Below are positions 1 through 9,812 of a stretch of 60,647 bases of DNA, one piece after another. A program made the position numbers and the translations under genes. Under the pieces are notes generated by a model, which saw only the letters and a program-made list of their open reading frames with translations, did no database searches and had not been told where the DNA came from. Each line of letters starts with the position of its first letter. Within the stretch, counting starts at the first letter, position 1. Origin of the DNA: Polyangiaceae bacterium (lineage in GTDB: Bacteria; Myxococcota_A; Polyangia; Polyangiales; Polyangiaceae); assembly GCA_050301735.1 (NCBI GenBank), contig JBNKZR010000001.1, forward strand, positions 1 to 60,647, in the 5' to 3' direction.

Positions 1-1
1 C

Positions 2-133
2 ACCTTGCGCGGTCGCATGCGTCCTTTTGCGGAGCTGTCGTTCGAGCGACTGCGCCGACGAAGCCAGCTCGAAGACGTCAACGTGCATCGCACCCTATCG
101 GAGGCTTCGCTGCGCTTCGGCCTGGAGTTCTGA
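2..133 (+). CDS. 3' end of an unidentified CDS entering from the left edge (partial)
   Basis: The frame is open from nt 2 to TGA at 131-133, with mostly G/C third positions. It translates to ...ELSFERLRRRSQLEDVNVHRTLSEASLRFGLEF*. No family recognised. It is convergent with the dehydrogenase gene. Confidence 0.3.
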   Translation, partial: TLRGRMRPFAELSFERLRRRSQLEDVNVHRTLSEASLRFGLEF

Positions 134-181
134 CAGGATGAGAGAGCCCACGGGCCGCATAATGCACGAGCTTCTCCAGGT

Positions 182-1528
182 TCAGTCGTCCCGCTCGTGC
201 CAGCGCTCCGCCAAGAGCGCCAGCGCGATGTCACGTCCGCGATCCGGCCACACGGGGTGGCGTTCTTCGCCCAGCTCGTCGGCCAAGTGGTTCGCCGCTT
301 GGGTGGGCGTCACGCCCTCGTCGCGAGCGCGAGCCAGTACGCGTTGGGTAACGGCGTGCACGGAGTTTTGCCACGTGGGGTCGAAGTGACGGTGAATCGC
401 GGGGTCGTTCGGCAAGCTGCCGTATTGCTCGTTCGCGCACTGAACGATGCCCATGCGGTTCGCGACGAAGTCGGGCACGTAGGTGATGTCGCGCTCCGCC
501 AGCAACTTCGCGTCGCGCGTCTCGTCGAGGAGCTGATTGTTCGCGGCGCCACAGACCAGCTTGCATCGGAGCAGTGGGATGGTTTCGGCGTGCAGCACCC
601 CTCCCAGCGCGCAGGGCGCGAGGACGTCGCAGTCTGTGCCGAAGATGGCTAGGTCGCTCCCGTCACTGCGTTTGGCTTCGAGGCGAGGGTCGTTGGCGCG
701 CCGTGCCAGCCGCTCCAAGGCTCGTTCGGAGATGTCGGTCACCGTCAACCGCTTGACGCCTCGTCGTAGCAGTTCCTCAATCATGAAGCTCGCCACGTTG
801 CCGGCGCCTTGGATGGCGACGTGTTTGCCCTCCACAGACTTCAGGTTCAAAAACTCGAGCGCAGCTCCCATGGCGGAAACGACGCCCTGAGCTGTTGCTC
901 CCGACGGGTTGCCTGAACCGCCCAGGGCCTCGGGGACGCAGGTGACGAAGCGTGTTGCTTCGTAGATGGCGCTCATATCGGTGGGGGTGGTGCCCACGTC
1001 TTCTGCGGTGACATACAACCCTCGCAGCGATGTGATGAAACGACCGTAGTCGCGATACAACGAGAGACGGTATGCGGGGTCGTCCACCTGGGCGTCGGTT
1101 TGTTGCGCGATGATGCCCTTGCCGCCGCCCCACCAGAGTCCGGCCAGGGCGCTCTTTCGCCCCATGCCACGGGCCAACCGCAGACCGTCCTTCAGCATCG
1201 CGTCTACCGTCGCGTACGGCCAGTGGCGGACTCCTCCAGCCGCCTGCCCGCGGTGAGTCTTGTGGATGAACGCGCCGAGCAAAGCGCGTGTTTCCTTGCC
1301 GAGTTCGAGATAGACGCCTTCGTGCGCGTCGAAGTCTCTTGCGTTGTCGTTCAACGCCTCGGCGATGGTCTCGAATTCTGGGCGGCTCGGTTCGAGTTTT
1401 CCCGACGCGCCCAGGACGAAACTGGCGCGGCGTGTGCCCAAGTCTTGTAGCGCGTTGGCGAGATTGAAAGGTGAGAGATTGGCCGTGATCGGTACTGGGG
1501 TGGTCATCTTGAGTACAGCGGGCGCCAC
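182..1528 (-). CDS. Glu/Leu/Phe/Val dehydrogenase family protein (Leu/Val dehydrogenase-like)
   Basis: 448-aa ORF. It carries the catalytic-region motif 'GLWWGGGKGII' and the Rossmann motif 'VAIQGAGNVASFMIEELLRRG'. Start is ambiguous (GTG 1528 or ATG 1507). Confidence 0.85.
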   Translation of the reverse strand: MAPAVLKMTTPVPITANLSPFNLANALQDLGTRRASFVLGASGKLEPSRPEFETIAEALNDNARDFDAHEGVYLELGKETRALLGAFIHKTHRGQAAGGVRHWPYATVDAMLKDGLRLARGMGRKSALAGLWWGGGKGIIAQQTDAQVDDPAYRLSLYRDYGRFITSLRGLYVTAEDVGTTPTDMSAIYEATRFVTCVPEALGGSGNPSGATAQGVVSAMGAALEFLNLKSVEGKHVAIQGAGNVASFMIEELLRRGVKRLTVTDISERALERLARRANDPRLEAKRSDGSDLAIFGTDCDVLAPCALGGVLHAETIPLLRCKLVCGAANNQLLDETRDAKLLAERDITYVPDFVANRMGIVQCANEQYGSLPNDPAIHRHFDPTWQNSVHAVTQRVLARARDEGVTPTQAANHLADELGEERHPVWPDRGRDIALALLAERWHERDD

Positions 1529-1693
1529 TCCGGCTTTGGGGCGGAGTCTAGTCCTCAGAGTTGCGCCTCATTGAGTGTAGTCCGCTTCCGTCGTTGTGCG
1601 AGTCCTCGCGCGACCTGCGTTCGCTCCGACGTATGTATCGTGCGCAGCCGCGCAGTCTCGGGACGGGAGCCGCGTGCACGGCGCGGTCTGGTC

Positions 1694-2668
1694 TCACTCC
1701 GCTGAACGTGCCGGACGCCGGTAGGGGACCCGCTGCACGGCTTCACGGATGACCTCCGCACGCGCGGACAGGTCCCCCTCCAGTTCAGGCACCAGGATCA
1801 GTCGATGTGACAGTACGGCCGGGGCGACTGCCCGCAGGTCGTCTGGGGTAGCGTAGGGCCTGGCAGCCAACACCGCGTGGCTCTTCGCTGCGCGGATCAG
1901 ACCCAACGTCGCGCGTGGGGAACAACCGAGCACTACCTTGGGATGCTGTCGGGTGAAGCGAGACAGGGCGGTCGCGTACTCGAGCAGATCCTCCTCGACG
2001 TGTACTCGGGCGGCGATCGACTGCAATTGTAGGCATTGGTCCTCCCCTAAGAGCGCTTTGGGCTGCGGTGCCGTCACGCCGTGGGCGGCCAACATCTGGA
2101 CTTCGTCGCGTTCACTCGGGTAGCCCAGTTCGATGTGGACCAAAAAGCGATCGATTTGCGCTTCCGGCAAGGGGAAGGTGCCCTCGAGGTCGATGGGGTT
2201 CTGAGTCGCCAGAACCAGAAAAGGGGAGGGCAGTGCGAAACGATCACCTTCGATCGTGACCTGAGCTTCCTGCATCGCTTCGAGCAGCGCACTCTGAGTC
2301 TTGGCTGGCGCCCGGTTGATTTCGTCGGCCAGAACGACGTTTGCGAAGATCGGCCCTGAGCGCAGGGCGAAGGAGCCCGTCTTGGGATCGAGCACGTAAG
2401 TGCCGGTGATGTCCTGTGGCAACAGGTCGGGCGTGAACTGTACCCGGCGCATGCTGCAGCCGAGTACGTCGGCGAAGGCCTTGACCAGTGTCGTCTTGGC
2501 GACTCCGGGCACTCCTTCCAAGAGTACGTGGCCCCGCGTAAGCAACGCGATGAGCATCATGTCGACCACCGACGCATCTCCGATGAACACGCGGCGAACC
2601 TCTCTGCGTACCCGAGCGAGCTGTTCTTGTGCTGCCGTGACGTCGTTGAGGTTCAGGGGTTGGTTCAA
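1694..2668 (-). CDS. MoxR-family AAA+ ATPase
   Basis: 324 aa. Walker A is 'GVPGVAKTT'; the MoxR signature 'VLADEINRAPAKTQSALLEAMQE' is present. The TTG start overlaps the upstream gene's stop (TTGA at 2665-2668). Confidence 0.93.
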   Translation of the reverse strand: MNQPLNLNDVTAAQEQLARVRREVRRVFIGDASVVDMMLIALLTRGHVLLEGVPGVAKTTLVKAFADVLGCSMRRVQFTPDLLPQDITGTYVLDPKTGSFALRSGPIFANVVLADEINRAPAKTQSALLEAMQEAQVTIEGDRFALPSPFLVLATQNPIDLEGTFPLPEAQIDRFLVHIELGYPSERDEVQMLAAHGVTAPQPKALLGEDQCLQLQSIAARVHVEEDLLEYATALSRFTRQHPKVVLGCSPRATLGLIRAAKSHAVLAARPYATPDDLRAVAPAVLSHRLILVPELEGDLSARAEVIREAVQRVPYRRPARSAE

Positions 2669-4170
2669 GTCGATCTCCCGTGGGTGCCCAGGTGGTCGAA
2701 AACACGCTGGAGCGTCCGATGCATCTGTTTAATCGATTCTGCCGAAAACCGCGCGCTTTCCGAGGTCAACATCGCTCTTTCTGCGTCCGCCATCTGTCGA
2801 AACAAGTCCTTCAATTCGGATAGCGAACGGCGGTCGAGGACCGCTTGCTGCTCCACCGCTTCCAAGATTGCCTGTTGCGCGCTCTGCTCCGGCAAGCCGA
2901 GTCGCTGGCGCAGCCATTCTTCGGTCGCTGACTTGAGTTCGAGTACTCGCAGCGAGCGGTCAGTCGCACGCGCGGACAGCATGGCAGCTCGTCCACCGAG
3001 ACCCCCCTGCGCAGCCAGCACCTGACCCTTGGCGTAGCGTGGCACCGGCCGCTCATACACTTTTCCAGACGTGCGCCACACGCCGATGGCTACCGCAGCG
3101 CAGGCGACGAGTGCCAGGAGCCAAGCCGCGTGCGCGGGCAGGCCGTCACTTTGGGTGTCGTTCAGCCAGCCTGAGATGGTGTCCAACGCGGCGTCCAGCT
3201 GCCGCTCGAACTCGCTGCCCCCGCCGAAATTGCCGGCCTGCGTGAAGTCGTTGGCCAGCACGTAGAGATTGCCCTGGCGCTGGCCCCAAGCATCATCCTC
3301 CAGCAAGTAGCTCAACAAGCCGTGGGCGAGCTTCTGATTGCCCTCGAATTGCATCATCAGATCGATGAAGACCGAAGGATCGCCCATGGCGAACAAGCGG
3401 CCACAGCGGGCGCGCTCGGTTTTGGGTTCGCCGTCGTCCAAGCCACAGGCAAGCGCGTCCCCAATGACCCCAATCACCGCAAACAGGTGTTGCTCGCCGG
3501 AGGTGTCTGTCAGCGTCAGCACTGGGGTGAGTTGCACGTCCTCGGCCGTGTGCAATGCGCTCGGGTGATTCGTCACGACTCGGTCCACGTCGTCGACCAT
3601 CGGGTGTCTCAGCTCCGCGCCGCTCTTGCTCAGGGTCTGCGCGGCTCGCGCCACCTGTAGTTGCGGGTTGTTCTGCAGCGTCTCCAGCGGGCGGCTCGGT
3701 GCGCTCTTGCGATGTATGTGAAACCGAGTCAGCAGCTGATCGGCCTTGCCGAAGTCGTCGATCAAAGCCATGCGACCCCCAGCTGACAGGAAGGCGCTGA
3801 CTTGGGCGAACTGGAGCCGGCTTTGCGGATGCATGACCAACACCGCGTCGCGCGGGGTGACCTGGCTCCAGTCGAGCTCCGGAGTGAGAATTACGCGCCG
3901 AGTTCCAAGCTGCTCGCGAGCGAGTTGGAGAAACTTGGTGCTCGAGTCCCACTTCGGCTTGGCGAACTCGAAGCTCGCCCAGCTCGAGCGAGCCCCGACC
4001 AGGGCGCAGCCCAGCAGCAGCACGGCGAAGAGCAGGGGTTGCCAACGGTGGGAGTGGGAAATGCGCATTGGAGGCAGCGGGGCTGAGCTCGAAGGGCGGG
4101 CACCGGCCCGCGCTTGGCGCAGGCTCAAGAGTGCCACGAAGCGGGACGCGCCAAGGTGTCGACGTTTCAT
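2665..4170 (-). CDS. Bitopic membrane protein, DUF4350-like (MoxR-associated)
   Basis: Lies in ORF 2665..4338; the likely start is ATG 4170 or ATG 4068. It has an N-terminal TM 'WQPLLFAVLLLGCALVGA', a large extracytoplasmic domain, a second TM 'AAWLLALVACAAVAIGVW' and a helical cytoplasmic tail. The family name is from memory of this architecture and is not verified. Confidence 0.6.
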   Translation of the reverse strand: MKRRHLGASRFVALLSLRQARAGARPSSSAPLPPMRISHSHRWQPLLFAVLLLGCALVGARSSWASFEFAKPKWDSSTKFLQLAREQLGTRRVILTPELDWSQVTPRDAVLVMHPQSRLQFAQVSAFLSAGGRMALIDDFGKADQLLTRFHIHRKSAPSRPLETLQNNPQLQVARAAQTLSKSGAELRHPMVDDVDRVVTNHPSALHTAEDVQLTPVLTLTDTSGEQHLFAVIGVIGDALACGLDDGEPKTERARCGRLFAMGDPSVFIDLMMQFEGNQKLAHGLLSYLLEDDAWGQRQGNLYVLANDFTQAGNFGGGSEFERQLDAALDTISGWLNDTQSDGLPAHAAWLLALVACAAVAIGVWRTSGKVYERPVPRYAKGQVLAAQGGLGGRAAMLSARATDRSLRVLELKSATEEWLRQRLGLPEQSAQQAILEAVEQQAVLDRRSLSELKDLFRQMADAERAMLTSESARFSAESIKQMHRTLQRVFDHLGTHGRST

Positions 4171-4457
4171 CGGGGCGCAGCATTTGGTCGCACACTCGGG
4201 GCGACGTCGGAGGCCGTACTGGGAACGGGTGGCCGGACCCAAGTGCATTCGCCACTGATTCTCCCATCTTCTCGTCCGCGGAACCCCGCTCGGGGGTTCG
4301 TGGAGACCCTGCCCGGAGCCTTTCGTCGTCGACCCCACAGCCGTTCACTTTGCGTATCGGGCCAACTGGGAAACTTGACCTCAACTTACCCGAGGCTAGA
4401 TTACTTACATCAGCTTGGGCAAAGGCTCGAACGGCTGACTACCGACCGGAAAGCCCT

Positions 4458-4631
4458 ATGTTACCTCCCTTCATCATTGAGCAAATCCGACGCCGAGAGG
4501 CAGAAGAGCGCAAGCGAAGCGAGGTCACGCAGCCACGTCTCGAGCTCCCACTCGAGGAGATGGTTCGACCGGCCCCAGAGGCGGACGATGACGCGGACTC
4601 GAGCCGCGGCGTGATTGTCATCGACTTGTGA
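4458..4631 (+). CDS. Small hypothetical protein (57 aa)
   Basis: ATG at 4458 lies within ORF 4068..4631. It translates to MLPPFIIEQIRRREAEERKRSEVTQPRLELPLEEMVRPAPEADDDADSSRGVIVIDL. The sequence looks protein-like (charged helix plus a C-terminal beta segment). A 6-bp hairpin (4641-4659) follows the stop. The SD is weak. Confidence 0.4.
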   Translation: MLPPFIIEQIRRREAEERKRSEVTQPRLELPLEEMVRPAPEADDDADSSRGVIVIDL

Positions 4632-4935
4632 ACCCTTATCGACGCCGATTTGAGGCGTCAAGACGGCGTTGAGAGCCAGCGTGTGACGCTTGGGCCGCCT
4701 AGGTTGCCCCGCTAGAGCTGCGCATCTGATCGTTCCGCCGTACGAATCGTCAGAGTGCCGTCCGGCGCGTCCGGAAGCGGCTCGGTCGCAGCAGATTAAG
4801 CCATTGCAACTCGCGTTGGGGGACACTACTAGGGTTGCCGACTGCCACTGCAGGGGCTGAGATCACCCCATGATTTCGCAGGCTCCGACCGGAAGCAGGA
4901 GTCGCAATCGCGGCTCCTGAAGATGCCTGGAAGCA

Positions 4936-6621
4936 GTGAACGCCCCAAGCGCGCAGTCGGCACCACCTTCCATGCCAGCGACAGAACCCAGCGCTCTCAC
5001 CCTACTCGCCAGCACGGGCCGAGCTGCTCTGTGCGCCATCCTGGCATTGTCGACCAGTGCTTGTTTTCCTCCGGACGACGGGCTCGAACCGAATCTGGAG
5101 CGGATGAACTTCCCCGTTGGTTTGGCGCTCAGCAACGAAGGGCGTCGGCTGTACGTCGTCAACAGCGACTTCGATCTCCGTTACAACGGGGGCATCGTGC
5201 AGGTGCTGGATGCGGATGCGATCGCTGCGCACTTGCCAAAGAACTGCGACGTGGACGGTGACTGCGACGCCGGGCTCCACTGTCAGAACCAGCCGGACGA
5301 GAACGGCCCTGCCACCTTTCAGTGCGTCGACGAAGCTGGCTCCCCGTGTGGCGAGCTTGGCGTTCAGAGCTACGCCGCGCGCTTCGATCATCCGGGGGTG
5401 TGCGAACCCCTGCCTCTCTCGGCGGCGGGGCTTCTGCTAGACAGTGCGCGCATCGGGCCTTTCGTCGCGGACGTGAGGTACGTGCCGGCGTCTGACGACG
5501 GACGGCGGCCGGCGCGATTGCTGATGCCTGTGCGTGGGGATGCGACCCTGCACTGGGCCGACGTAGAGGACGACACGATGGGCACGGGGCCCGTTCTCGA
5601 GTGCGGCCAAGGGGCGGACAAGACTTGCGATGCCGATCACCGGCGGGGTGATGAGAGCCGCGAGTCCGCTGCGGATGGCGAAATGTTGCCGACCGAACCA
5701 TTCGGCATCGCTGTCAGTCCGGGTGGGGAGGCGGTGTTCGTCGGCCATCAGTCCCAAGGCGCCGTGTCCGTCTTCGACAACCGAAACTCTGGCCCCAAGC
5801 TGCAAGCGGTGATCAAAGGGCTGCCTCGAAACCCCATGGGGTTGAGCGCCGTTCCGAAGCCTCGGGTCGTGACTCGCTTCGACTTGCCGTACGAACAGGG
5901 GGTACTGGTGAGCTACCGCTTCTCCGGCGGGTCGACCCCTGCCGTGGAGTTGTTGCGTTACTTCGACGCGGACAGCGCGGCGCCAGCAGTGCCGTACTTG
6001 CAGCGCTCAGGTAACGCTCCTATCACGACCAACAGCGGCCTCGACTCGCGTGGCTTGGTGCTGAGCGACCATGCACGCAGCGCGTGCGAAGATACGTGTG
6101 AGACGACTCAGTGCGCTGTCGAAGATTCGACGCCGCCCGAACCGTCAGGCGCCTGCTACGACTGCCTTCTTGCGTGTGCCGCCGTCCCCTTGGACGCCTA
6201 TCTCGCAAATCGCTCGCCGGATTCGTTGCTCATCGGCCACACGCGTTTGGTGACGGCCGAGTTGCCCCGCGACGACATCCCCGACTTCACGGATACGGAG
6301 GCGTTGCGTGGTGGGCCTTCGCGCATCAGCAGCGCCAACGTCATCGATGAGAGCGGTGAGTCCGCGTTGAGAGTCTTCGTGTTATCATTCGACGCGCAGC
6401 TCATGTACATCTACGACCCAGTGCGCGGCGAGATCGAGGCTCACGTCGAAACCGGGTCAGGCCCTCAATCCATCGTCGTCGACGAGCGGCGCGGGGTCGG
6501 CTACATCGCTCATTTCACCGAGTCCTATCTCGGCGTCATCGATCTCGACAAACGTCACGCGACGTACGGCCAGATCGTGCTCGGGGTCGGCGAGCCTCGA
6601 CCGCCCCGTTCCTCCAAGTGA
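4936..6621 (+). CDS. Secreted/lipoprotein, beta-propeller-like (LVIVD/YncE-style strand motifs)
   Basis: 561-aa ORF (GTG 4936; alternative ATG 4972). Signal plus lipobox-like 'ILALSTSAC'. Repeated strand motifs are 'LYVVNSD', 'IVQVLDAD', 'AVSVFDNR', 'LMYIYDPV' and 'YLGVIDLD'. There is a Cys-rich insert 'NCDVDGDCDAGLHCQ...FQCVDEAGSPCG'. Confidence 0.75.
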   Translation: MNAPSAQSAPPSMPATEPSALTLLASTGRAALCAILALSTSACFPPDDGLEPNLERMNFPVGLALSNEGRRLYVVNSDFDLRYNGGIVQVLDADAIAAHLPKNCDVDGDCDAGLHCQNQPDENGPATFQCVDEAGSPCGELGVQSYAARFDHPGVCEPLPLSAAGLLLDSARIGPFVADVRYVPASDDGRRPARLLMPVRGDATLHWADVEDDTMGTGPVLECGQGADKTCDADHRRGDESRESAADGEMLPTEPFGIAVSPGGEAVFVGHQSQGAVSVFDNRNSGPKLQAVIKGLPRNPMGLSAVPKPRVVTRFDLPYEQGVLVSYRFSGGSTPAVELLRYFDADSAAPAVPYLQRSGNAPITTNSGLDSRGLVLSDHARSACEDTCETTQCAVEDSTPPEPSGACYDCLLACAAVPLDAYLANRSPDSLLIGHTRLVTAELPRDDIPDFTDTEALRGGPSRISSANVIDESGESALRVFVLSFDAQLMYIYDPVRGEIEAHVETGSGPQSIVVDERRGVGYIAHFTESYLGVIDLDKRHATYGQIVLGVGEPRPPRSSK

Positions 6622-6641
6622 TCGTCTTGGACGCTGAACTC

Positions 6642-9600
6642 ATGCTCAAAGCACTCTCCAAAGTCTTCGTCGTCATCCCAGCGGTGCTTGCCTGCACGCA
6701 GCCGCCCGAGCCTCAAGCTCTGAGGACGCTGCGAGGAACATCCGACGTGAGTTTCTTGTGCGCGGCGTTTGGCCCGGACGGGAATCTCGTCGGACGACCT
6801 GCGGATGCTTGCCCACGCTACCGCGACCGGTCGGAAGAGCGCGGATTGTTCGCGTTGGCAACTCAGCGCGAGACCGGTGAGGTGGCGCTCGTCGACATGT
6901 CGCCGTGCGAAGAGGGGGGAAGCTGCCTCGGTCGGGTGCGGGACTTGGAGTCCACCCAACCGGGCATCAACTTCATGCCCGTCGGAGCAGAACCGGTTGC
7001 CATCGCGTCCACTCCCGGTGGCGTTGCCAGTTTCGTCGCCACCGCGGAATCGGGGCGCGAGGGTATCTACGCGCTACCGACGAGTTGCATTGGGCCGCGG
7101 CCATCCAGCGAGGGTTACCGCGATCTTCGGACTTGGCCCGCATGTCGTTTGCCGGCGGCTCCGGGCAACATCCAAATCTTGATCGACGAGCGAACGACGG
7201 ATTGCAGCGGTGATGCTACGCCACAACCCGAGGGGCGCGAGTGCCCTGCGGATCTGGCGCAAGAGATCGTTCAGCCTGGTCGCCGCAAGCTTCTCGTGAC
7301 GCTTCCCTCGCTGGGACAGCTCGTAGTGCTCGACGCCCAGCAGCTGCTCAACGTCGAGCCAGGCAGTTTCGATGCTTGCGCCGTCGAACAGTCGCTGTCC
7401 TTTGCTGTAGAGCTTCCGGACACGGAAGTCGAACAGGCGGTGCCTGACGACCTGCAGACGGATGATGCGAGCTGCATGCCCCAAGTGCTCCGCTACGCAC
7501 CCGTAGACGGGGACTTCGTATCCCGACCGTCGGATCTCGCTGTAACCGATGGACGATTGTACGTCTCCGATTCGGCAGCCCCGGTCGTCCACGTCGTGGA
7601 CACGTCCGACGCGTGTGCTCTCGACGAGTTGCCGCCGCTGCTCCCGCGCAGCTACACTCGACCTGACAGCGTGGTCACGACGCGCCGGCTAGCGGTGAGC
7701 CCGATGACGAGCCAAGGCGAGCAATTCGTCTACGCCGTCGACGGCAGCGACACGGGCCTTGCCGGGAGCCTGATGATCTTCGACGTGAGTCCCGGGGTGA
7801 CACAGCGCACGCCGTTGCTCCGGCGTCGCTCCGACTACGTCAGCCACGAGCCCCCCGATCGCATTCGTTTCGACCAAGAGATACGCGACATCGAGTTTGC
7901 GTCGCAGGACCTGCCCGAGACCGATCCGGAAACGGGCGTGGCGGTGGCGGGCTTGATGTGTGAGCCCGAGCCTGCGGCGAGTGGGCCCGGCACCTTGTAT
8001 CGTCCGAATAGCGATGGCACGGGAGCAGGGCCCTCCAAATTGCGAGGGGTGTTCGGATTTGCCGCGCTGCACAGTGGCTACGTGACTGTGATTGACGTCG
8101 AGGATCTCGACGCGCCTTGTCGGCGTCCACGCTTTGCCAACTCGAGTGATGAGGCGGACATTCGCGGCTGCGCAGGCGACGAGAGCGACAACGAGTTCCA
8201 AAGCAAGGACGGCAGCGTGGTCACGGTCAGCGACGAGCTTTCCTGCAATGTGGTCGAACCGCACCGCGCGCGTGCAGCGACATTCAATCACGCGAGCACG
8301 GGGGGGACAGCGCCCTTCCTGCGCTCTTTCCCGCAGCTCAGATCGGAAGACGGTTCGTCGTTGGCCGTCGATCGAACCGAACGAGGTCGGATCAATCCGC
8401 GTATGCTCGGCGTCAACTTCACCGCTGGACAAGACGACGCGACGGTGTTCGTCGGGGCCACCGAGTATACCAACCAACCCAATGCCGCTGACCGGCTGAC
8501 GTTGGATCCCGCGGTTTCGGAGCGGAACAGCGCCGTCCTGCCATTCGTCGAGCCCCGAGCATATGGTGGTGCCTCGGGCTTGAATACCGTGACCTACGAA
8601 GGCAGGGTCTTCAGCGGAGCTGAAGCGCCCTTCGACTTGGCTGAGGGCGATGAAGTCGGCATTGACGGTGCGGGCAAGCTCTACGGTGTTTTCGAGGGCG
8701 GGTTGAACGCAGAATATTGCGGCGCGGGGATCGAGGACGAACCCACCATGCGCGAGCGTGGGGCGAGGTTGATGCCTGACGCGGGTTCCGATCTGCTGGA
8801 CGAGTTTGGTGTCGTCTACGGCGACTACGTCGACATTCAGCAGGAGCTACTGCCGAAAGACGACGACTACTGGGACGGGGACGGCGCGAGCTGTGGTCGG
8901 GACTACCAAGAGGAGGGGGGGCGTTTGGACGGGCGCAGTATCTGCGAGCTGTTCTTCGGCACCACGGACTTGCCGGACCGTCATCGAGAGCTGCGCGTCG
9001 TGCGGGCGTTCGGCGATCGTCTGGTCGTCGAACCACGACGGTTTTCGAGTCGAGGGGAGCGTGAAGCCACCCTCGATTTGGTCAGCTGTTGTTTTCCGGG
9101 AGGCGTTGACTTCGACGTGCGAGCGAGTCGGCATTGGGTCCGTCGAGACGGCGGTCTCTTCGCGCATCCGATCCGTGCCAACGTCGAGACCCTGGCTTGC
9201 GAACGAGATTGTGGGCCACTCGCCCGTTTTCGCGACGGGCGCATATTCGAGATTTCGTGCGATGGCGAGGCGTGCGCGGACAATGCCGAGGGCGAAGCGG
9301 TAATTGGACCCAGCAACTTTGCCGTGGCAAACGAAGCGGACGAGGTCGAGAACGAGCTGTCGCGCGCGCTGGCTTGCATCATCGATGCTCATCCCGACGG
9401 CGGTGTGCAACCGGGAGATCGCGGCTCCGAATGCATCTTCGACAGCCTCACGGCTCGATTCGTCATCTACCGAGGGTTAGCGCCGAGTGAGCGCGGAATG
9501 CAGTTCACTTGGAATACCTTCGGTGGCTTCCTGCCGTTGTCCGTCGACCTCTTCAGCACCGCGCAGTTTCGCTCCAGTACGATGCCGGAACGCCTACACT

Positions 9601-9716
9601 ACGTTCCGCAGATCAATCGGGTGGTGATCGCCGATGGCGGGACAACTGGAGTGTCCTTCATCGGTCTGCGCGGCACGAATGGGCGGCCTGGCCTGCCTTC
9701 AGGAGTTGCGTTCTGA
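6642..9716 (+). CDS. Large lipoprotein, beta-propeller-like, partner of the preceding gene
   Basis: Lies in ORF 6618..9716. ATG 6642 gives 'MLKALSKVFVVIPAVLAC' (signal plus lipobox); GTG 6618 would overlap the upstream stop. Repeated motifs are 'VALVDMS', 'LVVLDAQ', 'VVHVVDTSD', 'LMIFDVS' and 'YVTVIDVEDLD'. Confidence 0.75.
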   Translation: MLKALSKVFVVIPAVLACTQPPEPQALRTLRGTSDVSFLCAAFGPDGNLVGRPADACPRYRDRSEERGLFALATQRETGEVALVDMSPCEEGGSCLGRVRDLESTQPGINFMPVGAEPVAIASTPGGVASFVATAESGREGIYALPTSCIGPRPSSEGYRDLRTWPACRLPAAPGNIQILIDERTTDCSGDATPQPEGRECPADLAQEIVQPGRRKLLVTLPSLGQLVVLDAQQLLNVEPGSFDACAVEQSLSFAVELPDTEVEQAVPDDLQTDDASCMPQVLRYAPVDGDFVSRPSDLAVTDGRLYVSDSAAPVVHVVDTSDACALDELPPLLPRSYTRPDSVVTTRRLAVSPMTSQGEQFVYAVDGSDTGLAGSLMIFDVSPGVTQRTPLLRRRSDYVSHEPPDRIRFDQEIRDIEFASQDLPETDPETGVAVAGLMCEPEPAASGPGTLYRPNSDGTGAGPSKLRGVFGFAALHSGYVTVIDVEDLDAPCRRPRFANSSDEADIRGCAGDESDNEFQSKDGSVVTVSDELSCNVVEPHRARAATFNHASTGGTAPFLRSFPQLRSEDGSSLAVDRTERGRINPRMLGVNFTAGQDDATVFVGATEYTNQPNAADRLTLDPAVSERNSAVLPFVEPRAYGGASGLNTVTYEGRVFSGAEAPFDLAEGDEVGIDGAGKLYGVFEGGLNAEYCGAGIEDEPTMRERGARLMPDAGSDLLDEFGVVYGDYVDIQQELLPKDDDYWDGDGASCGRDYQEEGGRLDGRSICELFFGTTDLPDRHRELRVVRAFGDRLVVEPRRFSSRGEREATLDLVSCCFPGGVDFDVRASRHWVRRDGGLFAHPIRANVETLACERDCGPLARFRDGRIFEISCDGEACADNAEGEAVIGPSNFAVANEADEVENELSRALACIIDAHPDGGVQPGDRGSECIFDSLTARFVIYRGLAPSERGMQFTWNTFGGFLPLSVDLFSTAQFRSSTMPERLHYVPQINRVVIADGGTTGVSFIGLRGTNGRPGLPSGVAF

Positions 9717-9812
9717 GCGCACCGCTCGGAATGATGAGCGTTGTCGGTTGAGATCGGCGTGACAGCCGCCTCTGGCTTCTCGAAGGTGGCATTCTCCAAC
9801 GGTCGTTGCTAG

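Noticed and set aside
5650-5665. RGD tripeptide in the first beta-propeller lipoprotein (coordinates approximate)
   Set aside because: A tripeptide occurs by chance at this protein length. It is mentioned only as context and is not evidence of integrin-type adhesion.
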